From: Paramecium tetraurelia
Taxonomy: Eukaryota
Direction of reading: 5' to 3'
Assembly (NCBI GenBank): GCA_000165425.1
Contig: CT868051.1
Location: 62,001 to 126,000, forward strand
DNA: 64,000 bases
This document shows positions 25,713 to 39,896 of the stretch, one piece after another (the first letter of the stretch is position 1; each line of letters starts with the position of its first letter). A program made the position numbers and the translations under genes. Below the pieces are notes generated by a model. That model had not been told where the DNA came from. It saw only the letters and a program-made list of their open reading frames with translations, and ran no database searches.

Positions 25713-27113
25713 ATGGTTTCAGCATATTCAGTTGGGAATGGCAAAAGATCCAATGAAGTTCAACAAGGACCTGACACCCCAGGACCTGGACAATACTCTG
25801 GAGACAAGAAACAAAAATACACTCCTCCCAGTTTCAAGTACCAATCCTCATTATAATAGGATTCCACAAGCACAAAGATAAACGTTTCAATCAAGTTTCA
25901 CTCCAGGACCAGGAGCATATGCTTCTTCTGATGTATACTCTCTCTCTAACTTAGAACCTACTCAAAGGACCCAAGTTTTCATTTGCTGGCAAAAAACAAT
26001 AATCGGTTACCTCCTTTTAACCTGGACCAGGGGCTTACAATCTAAAACCGACTAAACAAGCTCCTTTATACAGTTTCGGAGGCAAATATGGAAGCCATCC
26101 TGATGATTAACAACCAGGACCAGGAGAATACTAATTAAGCAAATAATTGGATGCTCCATCCATGAAGTAACACTAATCATCATTTTCTTAGATTTCCTCA
26201 ATCCAAGAGAGATGATCCTCATTTGGAAAAAGTACCTGGACCAGGAAGTATCATTACTAATTTTATTAATTACAAGCCTACAAGCAAGAAAGATCGGAAT
26301 CTGCTCCCAAGTACCGTTTTGGCAATGCCCAAAGAAGAGGACTCTATGACAACGAACTTGGAAAAGTGCCAGGACGTATGTTAACTCAGTATTTAATCAT
26401 ATAGCTGGATAATACAATTATTAGTCATAATTTGAGTCTATCCAACCTAAGGGTTTTACTTTAGTCTCTAGGAAAGAATAATCTTCATAATAACTTGTTG
26501 TCCCAGGGCCTGGAGCATATGATCCATAACCAGTTAAAAGACCTCCTTCCTGTAAGATTGGCAAGTCAATGAGAGGATTATAGTTTGCCAATCCTAATCC
26601 AGGACCAGGAGAATATGAACCTTAAATTGACACAGTTCGACCCTAATCAGCCATGGTCAGAGTAGGATCAGCCTCGAGGAGACCACTGAATGATGTTAAA
26701 GGAGTTCCTGGACCTGGAACTTATGATTTACCATCCAAAATGGTTGAAGGGCCATAAGTTAAAATATTGGGTCATAAATACGATCCTGTTTAGGCTCAAA
26801 AGGATTAGGTACCAGGACCTGGTTAATATGAACGTCCCATTATGTAAAGGCCATAATCAGCCAAGTAATTGTTAACTCAAACTATAATTTCAGAATTGGT
26901 ACTTCCAGAAGACAAGATCTTAATTCCACTTTAGATGTTCCAGGACCTGGTCAATACAAAACTAAGGAAAAATTAGGAGGGCCTTCTTGGGGATTTGGAA
27001 CAGGTAAACGACCACCTTTGAATCCTAAAAATGACACTCCTGGACCTGGTGGATACGACTAAGGAAATGAATTTGGGTCCGTACCAAAATATGCTATGAA
27101 GAAAATACCATGA
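25713..27113 (+). CDS. SHIPPO/ODF3-like PGPGxY repeat protein (ciliary microtubule-associated)
   Basis: About 12 PGP(G)xY repeats spaced ~35 aa with (Y/F)SF/G..R spacers; about five tiny introns. Confidence 0.9.
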
Positions 27114-27750
27114 TCTTTATAGTAAATAAACTTACCTTCAAATTAATAGAAATTTTTTATATTTTCTTGCATCTAAAATTTCTGATTAAAATTCATTTAT
27201 TTCATGAAACAGTTCTTTTGATTAGATAATTAGAAATTATAGCATATTTAAAATTATAAAATTAATAGACTCTAATACTTTGAAGTATTGAAAGTGTCAA
27301 ATATTATTAAGATAATTAAATCATAAAAAAGATCATTAGGTAGAATATACCTAGATTATTTAACTAAATATCATTCACTAAAATCCAAAATTCATGAATT
27401 ATAAAGATTTAATGATGCACTATAAATTTTCAACAATTATTTTTAATTAAAAGAGAATGACAATCAGTAAAAAGATTTAGGAATTTTTGTTGAAAATACC
27501 TACTGAAAAGTTTATTCAATTAATAGTTTAATAAAAATTGAAAATTTTATATGAATATTATAATATTCATCTAAAATTCCTTTTATATTTGGAAACTTAA
27601 CTTAATTTTCAATAGTCTCATTTTTTTTACAATTAGAATAATATTATACACATGTGAGATAAAATCAACTATTTTGTGAACGATATTCAAAGTAATAATT
27701 AAACTAGTATTTTATAATTCGACATAATTATAATTATATAATCATTTTGC

Positions 27751-28877
27751 TCAAGTAATTAATTACAGAATAGATTCTCCGATTGCAAAAGTGTTTTCTT
27801 TTTAGTAACCCCCAGATAGCAGCATGAGGAATGGAATTTTTTTATGTTATGCCCATTTAAATACTACTTCATCTCTTCTTTTAATTCCTGCTGCAGAAAT
27901 ACAACAATGCCCAAGGGGATCTCCTGCCATGATATCTGTGCCTGCATTATAAATAAGGAATTCCATATCATCTTTGAGATGCGTTTCAAGATCTCTTTAA
28001 AGTGTTTTGATGTATTATTGATCTGAAGTATCCTTGTCTATGTGTTCGAAACAACTAATAGCTTATTCAGCTATATGATCCCCAGGATATATATACGAGT
28101 TATAAAAATCTATGATGTAAACTGAAGAGTCATTAAGGAAATCTCTTTCATAGCCATTGCCCTGATGAGCATCCAAGTCCACTATTACTATTTTCTTCAA
28201 ATTGCAACATCTCTTAAGGTAGTTAACTACCAAAGTGATATCAGGATAAATACAAAATCTAATTGAATACTATGGTATACATACCCACCACCTCGATTTA
28301 AAGAGGCATGATGATAGCCTCCACTTAGATTGATTGCCCATCCCTTTTCAAGAGCTAGTTTGGCTGCTTAAATACTACCGCTTGTTGCAAGAAGCATTGA
28401 ATCCAAGAGACAGGATCTCAAGAAGGCTCCTGGCAAGAAGAATACAGGCAATTCAATTAAGGTGGAAGCATATGCACTGTAACACATTTTGAGCAAGTAC
28501 CACTTACTCATACCGAGGTAAAGGAAAGTTCCTCTGGATAGCATTTTTGGAGTAAAGTGCGAACCCTTTACCTATTGCCTAATTTGTCTATAGACATTCC
28601 CATATTTGCAGGAATCAAAGGGATGCCACTTTTCTATTCCGCACGCAGTGATATTATAACTCTCATCATATACGATAGGTATTTCAGGCATGTTTCTTAT
28701 GCAGATTTCCTCTCTCACGCTTAGGAGATTATAGGAGAATTCCATTATGAAAGGGTAGATAAAATATAGGAACACTCCTAAAAGGCAGGCTGCTCCGTTG
28801 ACATATACTCCTAATAGAATGGCTAGTACAAGAGATCCAATCGTGAAGAACCAATCTATAATTGTATATAGTTACAT
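27751..28877 (-). CDS. HDAC11: class IV histone deacetylase (HDAC11-like) with hydrophobic N-terminal extension
   Basis: PIVYDESYNITACGIEKWHPFD, GWAINLSGGYHHA, DLDAHQGNG, YNAGTD..GDPLG, LSGGY. Confidence 0.9.
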
Positions 28878-28890
28878 TTTAATAAAATAA

Positions 28891-29352
28891 ATGAAAGAAT
28901 CTAAACAAAAATATTTACATCAAACATTTGGAAAGGCTGATCGTTTCCCTAAACAGAAATACTGCTGCGAAACTTCAACCTTCTGTGAACTAATTCGAAT
29001 AAAAAAAGACAGCGAACTCAGAGGACCCACTTTCCCCAAAGGCTAAAGAAAAATGTTCAATCAAAACTCGGAAACCCCAGGTCCTGGAAACTACAACATT
29101 TCTGTAGTAAGGGTTTTCAGAATTCCACCAGAACAACCCTACAAGGTGAACAAGGAGTTTTTAGATTACATGAATTCCAGACCTAAGTCCATTTAACACG
29201 TCTATCCAGGCCCGGGTGCGTATGAATTTAAGTCTACATTGAGTAAAAGGAAAATTTCATTTACAAGAGCAAGAATGGGGAGCTTTAGTGTGTCATAATC
29301 TCCTGGGCCTGGATAATATACTATTAGTAGGCCTGTTTCTAGAGTTTATTGA
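28891..29352 (+). CDS. small SHIPPO-repeat protein
   Basis: Intronless 153 aa with three PGPG(N/A/Q)Y repeats. Confidence 0.8.
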
Positions 29353-29666
29353 TTTTAAATTTCATCATGAGTAAATTTACTGAATCATATAATCATGGGA
29401 GTACTTATTGTGATTTACTATATGTTTATGAATTTGTAGAAATCACTTGAATTTAATTTTATAATTTCTCAATTCAAGTAGACGAGTGGATCAATAAATC
29501 ATAAATCATAGTTTAAATTAATTAATTATATTATATAATAATTTATAGAATTATTGATGTGAATCTTCAGTGAATTGTGTATCCAAAAGATTCAATTTGA
29601 TCTATTAATAAATTATTAGTTGAGTAGAAAATGACAATTTTAATTAATATACAATTAAATATTTAA

Positions 29667-31693
29667 TCACTTCTTAGATAAGTATTCGATCCATTTTTGT
29701 CTAATATTTTAAGCATAAATGGAAGGTAGATTACGACAAAGTGCTTATTGCAATAGATCTGCTTCTGCTAATTTGTCAGCTTCTTACAATGCCTTTTGGA
29801 GTACAAAGGTTCCGAATTTGTTTTTCATTAATTCCAAACAGATGATGTCTTAAGAAAGTTATTTGATGAACCTTTTTTGAGTTTTGGGAGATGTTTCAAG
29901 TATGCACTTTTCGACAACATTGGATGAATACTTATGGATGGATAGCTGTATGAGTTTAAGAAGTATTTTATCAATAATGGAAGCACATTTAAGATCTCCA
30001 TAGACCTAATAAGATAACTGGGGAGATTCATTACGTCTATAACATGTTGGACTCCATAATTTCCAAAGGGATCTTAGATAATTTCATCTAAATGATCCCT
30101 GATTTTATTGATTATGACAGTGGATTTATCTAAATTGTTCTTAAATTTGGTGATGAGATCTTTCAACACACATAATCCAAATTGATGATTGACAACCTAA
30201 ATGAATCTGTCCATCAATTTATTAAAGATGTTGTTGAGTCGATCTTCTGAGAAGCGTGCAATGATCTTTTTGATGAGATGAGTTCCTTGGCTGTCAAGAG
30301 TAAGTGAGATGATATTATTTTTGATGCTGTTCTCAACCATTTATTCCTCTTGTTTGCAGGAGATTAATGAAACTAGAGACTAGATGGCATGAGTTCCCTT
30401 CTTGTCACATGCAATATCAACAAGACGATTGCCAATCTAAATATAAATATCTATATGTATACAGTCTATAAGATATATAATCTTTAATGGGGAGCACAAC
30501 TCTGACTGAGACTACCAAACATGTAATTGGCATAGGGATCAATCATTAAATCTGGTAGATGCGATCCTATTTCCTATAGCATTTGATCTAATTCCATTTG
30601 AGTGCAGGTTGTGAAGTGTTTCTAAATCAATCTGCTGCCATGTTGGGTTTTTACGAAGTTAACAACATTCCCTCTGATCTACTCCAGATTCTGTAAATCT
30701 TCAGTCCATTCCTCAATAGGTGTTTATGCTATGTCTTCAAGTTGGAGACTTTAAAAACGAGCTCTTGGTTGGATTGGACCTACTTGAGGAGTGAAGGTGT
30801 TCACTTTGGGTGAGAATAAGAAGGGATCAATGATTGGTGAGGATTTGGGGGATTGCTTTATTAAACTGGTGGTTAATTCAGTCGGGAGTGTGATTTGAAG
30901 CGATTTAATGGATAATTAAATTGATTCTTCTTCTAGTTACATTGAGATGCACACTCCATCGGATTCCAAGGAAATATATTCACCCACAGTTGCTTATTCT
31001 GAATTGTAATAAAATTCATAGGTGCGAGCAGCCTTACCCTCTTGCACAAGATTGGCATCTATAATGTAGAGTTCGATTTGAATGCGTCCTTGGAGGAAGG
31101 GGATGAGGTATTTGGGACGCTTGCCAAAGCACTCTCTGAGATTGGCATAATCTATTAGAATGGAGGTGGTTTTCTTTTATTTAAGCGTGGTGGAATGAGT
31201 GAGATGCAAGAATGGCATTTGGGCAATGGTGTGAAAGACTCGGAACTCTACGAAGGCTTTGATGTTGAGGTCGAGGAGGTCGTATTCTAGGGGAATGCGC
31301 TTTACAGATTTGGCCATTTGGATGCGTTGATGCAATAGGGCCAGAGAGGCTGGCTTTTGTTTACACATTAGGGCACATTGGGTATGGACATCGAAGTAGA
31401 GGGAGAGGTGATTTGAGTACAATTGCGTGTTGCCCAGATTCGCACAATCTGATAGCAGATGGGACATATGGAATTATCGTTTTGACTCTTTCCTATTATT
31501 TCATAATCTTCATCGACGACTAGGGGTTTATGTGGAGAATACTTAGGGATTCTTCTAGGGTGCTACTACACTTCCTGGAGTTGGAATCGTGAGGGATTTC
31601 GGTTTCTTTCTAGAGACACTTCGAAAATATCTCTTTGAATTCTGTGGGAACTGGTTCGTTCCAACCAAACAATGGATATAGATCATCTGACAT
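29667..31693 (-). CDS. Pumilio/PUF RNA-binding protein (start uncertain: 31693 with a frame correction, or 31467)
   Basis: Eight PUF repeats (TQHGSRLIQ, DPYANYMFG, DKKGTHAIQ, DSQGTHLIK, HQFGLCVLK, DPFGNYGVQ, HKYSSNVVEK, NKFGTFVLQ). Confidence 0.85.
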
Positions 31694-31899
31694 GAAACTA
31701 GGCGCTCTCTCAAGTATTTTAAAATAATAAAATTGCCAATGCAAATAAGATTCTAAATTTAATTCCACTTAGTGGGGGTTGTAGGATTTAACTAATCTTT
31801 TGGTGGGGAGTATAGATGCCCCACTTTACCAATTAATTCATTCTTTTTTTAATCAACCAAAACATAGCGCGCTTCATTCCAGAATGGACATTTATTAAA

Positions 31900-33819
31900 A
31901 TGAAAAATTGCACTCTGCTCAAACAACTCGAGATCAGCACCACCACTCACATCTTAGATCTCATTCACAAGACTTCATCCAAACATCATCTATCTGACTT
32001 ATAGACTCAACAGATCTCACAGTATTACAAACAACCACCTTCCATAAACTCATTTCTAGAATTGTATTCCCTCAGCATGTTGCGTTGTGATTGTGTCAAA
32101 TACCAACAAATCGTGGATGAAATCAATGATCAGATTCATGCCTTCTTCCAGACTCAGACCCCTTTAATCCAAAAGATAATGGCCTAAGAAAGGAAGTCCT
32201 AGCCAGAGCCAGAACCAATGCAGATTGAGGACGATGAAGATCAAAATAATATGAACAATCCAGATGATCCCATCTAGCAATAGCAATTACAATAAGAGGA
32301 TCCACAACAACAACAACCATCCCAACAAACCAATGTCCCTTGTTCCCAACAACAACAGCCAGCCAACACCTAATAGACAACTCAACCATCCCAAAGTATA
32401 GAAGATGAAATTTGCATTCCCAATTCTGTTAAATTAAAGTACAGAAGAATAAATAACGGACCCTCTGAAAAAGAAGCCAAATGCGACAACTGTGTATGTC
32501 AAGGCAAACCACCATCAGAATCAGATAATTTAATACAATGCCTTTTATGCCTAAATTACTTGCATTTCAACTGTATTGCCAAATCCAAAGAATCCTTTGA
32601 CAAGTGTTACAAAGATTTAGAATTTGTGTGTCCTCCATGTGTGCTCAAATACATGGATCATTTCAACAAAATATAGAGTGCCTTGGTTCCACCCTCTCCC
32701 TTCCAACAAATGGGCCAAATCAATCACAAGGCCTTCAATTTCGCCTGCGATAAAAGCATCATCAATATCAGATGTGTGAGACAAGAGAATAAGACCAATT
32801 GTGAAGAAATCACTTGGCCTGATATTGGAGAACTCTTCTTAAATCAAAAGAAAATCCAGGATTTCAAACCACTCATTAACAATCACAGTCTCAAAAAACG
32901 TAAGGATGATCACATCCTCACTACTGAAGTACTCCCATAGAATTGTTTGCAAATTAAAGAATGTATACCTACTCCTGATCAGAGGAGCCAATATAGAATC
33001 TCCTTGGGTCACTTGTATTTCCTGGGAGTATATTCAATAGAGTAATTCAATTCAAAGTAATTACTCGATAATGTCTTCAACAATAGTGAAAATTGGATGA
33101 ACATCGAATAATGCCAGGATTTCATCTCTCTTTATCTGAACAAACATTAAGCTGATGATATTAAGGTAGATAGTCTCACTGTCCAATTGACATGTGCAAT
33201 CACCTTCAATTTGATGAATACCCCAGTCAGAGGGTCTTTCTGTTAACACATCCAATGTTTTGGATTGGAAAACTACATTACAGCCATGTACTCCATGCAA
33301 CCCAGAAAATGGAGATGTCCCCTATGTAAAAAGAAACTCTTCACTATTTAGGTTGATGCGTATCAATATGCGATCTTGAACACAATCAAAAAGTGTGATA
33401 TCTAAGTGAATGAAATCACTTTCGACAACAATGGACAAATAGTCAATGAGAACATTCAAAAACTGCTCTGTTTAGACAATCTGCCCAACTATGCCATTAA
33501 GAATAACAACCGTATGATAAACTTAGAGATGCTGTCCAATGAAACCAACAACATCTTCTATAAGTTGTAGATAATCAAAAACAAGGAGTCTGTCAACCCA
33601 CCCGTTTATTCAAACACCTTATAAAATGTAATTAATAATATGATGTTGTCGTCCAATCAACATCTCAGGAGCAATAGTTATGCGAACTTCTATGCCAATA
33701 ATTATTACATAAATTAAATGAAGATACAATAATAAGCAAGAATGGAAGAACAACAAAAACTATAAACAAACAAATCTAAGATTGGACAAAATCATGACTC
33801 AGCCATTATTATAGAATGA
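31900..33819 (+). CDS. PHD finger + SP-RING (MIZ) SUMO E3 ligase, SIZ1/PIAS-like
   Basis: PHD CVC..LIQCLLC..LHFNC..FVCPPC; SP-RING LTCAITFNLMNTPVRGSFCQHIQCF..WRCPLC; continuous frame. Confidence 0.9.
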
Positions 33820-33858
33820 GTATATCTATATTTTTTATTTAATCAAATTAATTTCCAC

Positions 33859-34973
33859 TCAATCCTCTAAGAATGTGATGGCTGCTGCATAACTCACTGA
33901 TGAATCCTTCTTGTCTCTCACCAAACAAGATTGTGCATATCTAATGAACTTAGTCTCCATCATATGCGTGTTCTAACTCATTGCTATGCACTTTCAACAT
34001 AGATTATTTACAATTACATGTAATAATATGGCAATGCAATGTTTCCCACAAACATTGTTCTCATATTCTCTCAAATAATCATTGAACTTATCCAAATCAT
34101 GTAACTCTATGTGTTCCATTGCCTTCTAATCTAATTTTTCAATGGATTCAAATATCTCTCCATCTGCACTGTTGTAATAAGTGTAAGCGAACTTAGTTCC
34201 CCAATGACAGAAGTCAGTTGATATAATAAATAGAGTATCATCCATATCGAAATATTCACTTAGCAATCTTCCATAATACTCTTCAGATTTAGCATCAATA
34301 GATCCAACCATTATTGGGATGATCGTAAAGTTATCAGTACCCAAAATATGAGCTAAGAATGGCAATTGCATTTCAATTGAGTGTTCTTCCTCCTCTGCAT
34401 CCTTGTCTGATTATTCGAATAATCCTTGTTCATGCAATTGTTTTACAGCTAAATGTGATCACCAATTACTTACTTTCCAGATCTACTTTGATGTTCCCGA
34501 GAGGAGTTTCGTATATTTCTTATCTAGTTAAACAACATTAAGTTATGTAAACATAATGACAGGGACCAAGGATGAACACCTTCAATTTTTCAGAAGGAGG
34601 GTACTTCTTCAAGTATTTGTAACTGAATGCTGCAGTTGGACCAGAGTAGGCATAACCTGCATGGCTTAATTTAATGAGAAATGCATTACGGAACAACCAA
34701 GGCTTTCAATTAGGCTACTGTGGTCACTTCTGCCTTTGCCTACTCTAACCAACAATTAATCTGTATCTTTAATTCATTGCTCTTGCTTGAATACCAGGAT
34801 CCTGCATGTACAGCCTCCCTCACATTGTATTTATTATTTAGCATATGCACATATGGGATTTGCTATAATTATTCCTCTGTCTTATTCCCTTATTGTAAAA
34901 CTTCACTCTTTTGTTGTTGTTCCTCCTCCTTCTATTGTAACTCTTACGATTCTTCTTCTGATTGTTCAGACAT
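33859..34973 (-). CDS. MEMO1: MEMO1 family protein with E/Q-rich N-terminal extension
   Basis: REAVHAGSWY, PHAGYAYSG, EHSIEMQLPF, STDFCHWG, SSVSYAA. Confidence 0.92.
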
Positions 34974-34990
34974 AATTAATAATTACCAAT

Positions 34991-37104
34991 ATGTCCAAAG
35001 AATAAGAATTACAAACCAAAATTAAAAGCCTCGAAGATGACATTCAAAATAGACATAGACAAATAGTATCACTTACTGATAAAGTAGAAGAATTGCAACG
35101 ATCCATCTAAAACAATTCAGAAGTAGACATCGAATCATAATTGCTTAGGTAGTGGAACTTGGAGAGAAGGTGAGAATGCTTGAATCTCAAAACCTTAAAC
35201 TCATAGAAAAGAATCAAAGTGATGTTGTGGAATGGCGATCGAAAGAAAGAGATTTCAATGTACATCTTAATCCTATTCAAGAATCAAATCCAAGCACTCC
35301 AACGCAAATTGAATGAAGTCGAAGTTCAACTGACTGAGGCTAAGGATCTCAATTAACAACTCATTGCTAAGTCTGGAGAAAACAGCAATTCTGAATCGCA
35401 GTTACAATAAATCACCTAGCATTATGAACATCTTCTCAGCGAAAAAGATGCTTAACTCAAAGAGAGAGATACTAAGATCTACAATCACGAATAAATGATT
35501 CCACAATTGCAGAAAGACTTAGAAGAAAGAGATTAATCAATCAAATCATTGAATGAACAATTAAAAAGCCAAAAATAGCAATTGTCTCTATTGACTCAAT
35601 AGAATGGCAATCTTAACACTCTTACTACTGAACTCAATAATTTAAAACTACTAAAAGACAATTTGCTGAATGATAATTAAACACTCAACTCTTAACTCCT
35701 ATAACTAAACACTACCAACGCTGACTTATTAAATACACTCAAACTTACAGAAGATCAAAACAAAGCCAATTCTAAGCAAATCCTTGATCTTTAGAATGAA
35801 TTGAAGGATTCACAAAAATAATACAAAGAAGAAATGACTAAAATTATGCAAATTCTTGAAAAAACCAAAGAAAAAGTATTTGTTTTATTTAACTATTTAT
35901 TAAGTCTGCTCACGAGTAAGAACTATTTAAAAACAGATTACTTGAAAAGGATGATATTTTGAATGAAGCCAAAAAATAATTCGAATAAACTACTAAATAA
36001 TTTGAAAAGTATTTACTCATTGTATTTATATCAAAGGGAAAATGCTGCTCTTACTACTTAACTATCATAAGCGAACAAGACTCTCAAAGAATAGTCTAAG
36101 AAAATCTCTGATCTTGAACTTAAAATCAGAGACTTAGAATCCAAATTGCAAGAAAGCAATAGACAATACATCAAATCCCTAGAGCATTCTAAACAATTAG
36201 ACATCGAAGTAACAGTATACCTTATTATCTTTAGCTCAAAAAATCTATTCAAGCATCCTCAAAATATTAGGAATAATTAATATTCAAAGATGAAGAATTA
36301 TAAAAATCTAAATAGCTTTAACTAAGAATTCTTTAAGATAATTCTGACTTAAAGGTGAAATTAGAGTCTTTGTTGTAAATGAATTCTAAAAGCAAGTCAA
36401 ATGAATTATAGAATCTCAAAAATCAGATCCTAGAGAAAGATTAAGAAATCGAATTACTAAAGTAGTAATAGAAATCCTTGGCAACCCAATTGAAGACTAG
36501 TTAAGGATATGCAACTAGATTCAAACAAAGAAATAAGCAATTAGAAATGGAAAATACAGAACTATTGAAATCTAAGAACAATTTAGAAACTCTGTTCTAA
36601 GAAATACTTGATCAAACCAAATAAAAATCAAATGTAAAGAATTTATCAGCTTTATCGAATAATCCAACTAAATATTAAATGAGTTTACTCACATAAAGAA
36701 AGAATTATATGCAAGAAAACACCTCAACTCATTCACAAGAAAACAGATCGTCAAGTCAAAAATCCAATAACACCACTCCCAATTAAGTGGCTAAAACAGG
36801 AGATGTGTCCTTTAAACGAGCCATCCTAGTGAGTGGATCGAAAAAAACTACTCATTCAGCTTCTTAAGAAAATATTAATTCTAAATAATCTAATAAAGCA
36901 CTCAATGAAATACAAGAACTTGATGAAAGCTAATAATAAAATAAACCGCAATCTTCACAGGGCCATTAAGAGTAGTAAATACTGCAAGGCTAACAGAAAA
37001 GTGTATAATAACAACAGGAGCACAAAGAAGATCAAATATATGAAGACTAAGAAAACAATGAAGAAGTTGCAGATTTCATTGATGACGACAATGATCTTAA
37101 TTGA
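34991..37104 (+). CDS. large coiled-coil protein
   Basis: ATG34991; Q/E/K/L heptads; multiple 23-27 nt introns; acidic tail ..DDDNDLN-TGA. Confidence 0.75.
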
Positions 37105-37415
37105 CATCTATTTAATTGATAAAGTATTATAGAAAACATCCTCTACTATGTTCCTATTACAAATAATTGTCTAACATCAATTTTAAATATAATATTATAC
37201 TTATCTAATGTTAATTGATAAATTATTAAACAAGATTTTTCGAATAAACCCAAGATATGATTAGAACAGAACTAAAGGTTTTTGCTGTAAATATTAGAGA
37301 TGAAATCTAAGTATGTTAGATGCCTAGAATTGTATACCAAGGATTCCAAATAAAGTTTTATATAAATAAGATTGAATTATAAATATAGGTATTCATTTAT
37401 TTTATTTTCACTCAT

Positions 37416-38645
37416 TCAGCTAGTCTAGTATAATTAAGGCTTGCCCATAATTTCTTTAAATTCTTTCATAGCTTCCTCGTCCAATTTACCATCGCAATAT
37501 AATAAACTAATAATATCATGTTCAGTAAGATTAATTGCTTTTTTCATTGTATATTTTTTGAATTTCATTTTTACAATTCCTTCTAATAATTGCAATATTG
37601 TGTGATGAATTGAAATCTTATCTAATTATTTTTCTAGATTTTAAAGTAATTCTAGAGCAATTTATAAGAAATTATATTTTTTGTATTTTCTTGGACAGTT
37701 ATTGTTCGTTAATTTAACACCTTCGACATCAAGAGAATTTATTAAACCCAAATAATTGTTATATTTTTAAAAGTCTAGAAGATTAATCCAACTGATAGAC
37801 TATTATTTATGCCATTCTTTTAATTTTATCGTAAAAATTTCCTAGGATTATAATATTTTTAATGAAAAAGCAATAATATTGAAAATATTGGTATTGAAAA
37901 AATCTTCTCTCGTATAAAAAAAATCTTTCTAAAAAAACTAATAATACTCCTCTTCTTTGTATTCCATGCCTTTCTTAACTTCATCAATTACTTCTTAGAT
38001 TTTAAGTGCATATTTATTGATTTTCTAAAAGTGTTTATACTTTAAAAAACATCTTAATAATCTCAAAACTATTATTGCCCTATCCCATTAAAGTTCTTTA
38101 ATGTTCCTCAAATTATTTTTTCCTTTCATTTTGCTAATTCTTTTACTTATTAATTTTTTATTCACTACATAAACTTTCTATATCTAGGGAGGATCACCTT
38201 GATGGGTTTAATCACTATAATTAGGTTTTCCATAATTTTTAATTTCTTCTGTTGGATTTTAATCAAATTGAGAATTGACACCATCTGAAATTGAATAGTT
38301 AGTTATTGAACTTGATTCTTAAATTTTTGATTAATCATATAAATCCGAAGATTTGTCGTGATCATTTTTGATTTTTTCCATAATATTATCAGAATTTTAT
38401 ATCTCTACACACTTTTTTTTCTAAACTAATTCTTTACCCTCCTCATCATCCACTACTAAAATTTCCAACTCATTCACAACTTCATCCTTATTCACATCTT
38501 CATACTCATCATCCACGTCTTCATTCATCTTATATACCTTATCAATAATCTTCTGCATTTTTCCCTTAATTTTCTCTTCCATTTCAAATTTAGAAAGTAT
38601 TTTAGGCTATTTTTTTGGGTATATTTTTTGTGCTAATTTTTTCAT
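37416..38645 (-). CDS. intronless K/N/I-rich hypothetical protein (409 aa)
   Basis: Single TGA-free frame from ATG38645 to TGA37416; acidic patch near the N-terminus; no recognisable motif. Confidence 0.65.
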
Positions 38646-38739
38646 AAAAATTAATATTAATAAAATCTATTATTACAATTTTTTTTCCAATTTGTTTTGG
38701 GCAACAAAATTATATATATATACTGAACTATTTTATAAT

Positions 38740-39857
<1,118 letters not shown>

Positions 39858-39896
39858 ATTAGATATTAATATTAAATAATACGTATGATAATCCAC

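Noticed and set aside
25713..27113. Periodic CCAGGACCTGGA repeats as a CRISPR-like or DNA repeat array
   Set aside because: They vary at third codon positions and encode PGPG protein repeats.
27114..27750. Long, very AT-rich spacer as a retained IES or ncRNA locus
   Set aside because: TAYAG-like ends are too common to define boundaries without reads, and no structured RNA is recognisable.
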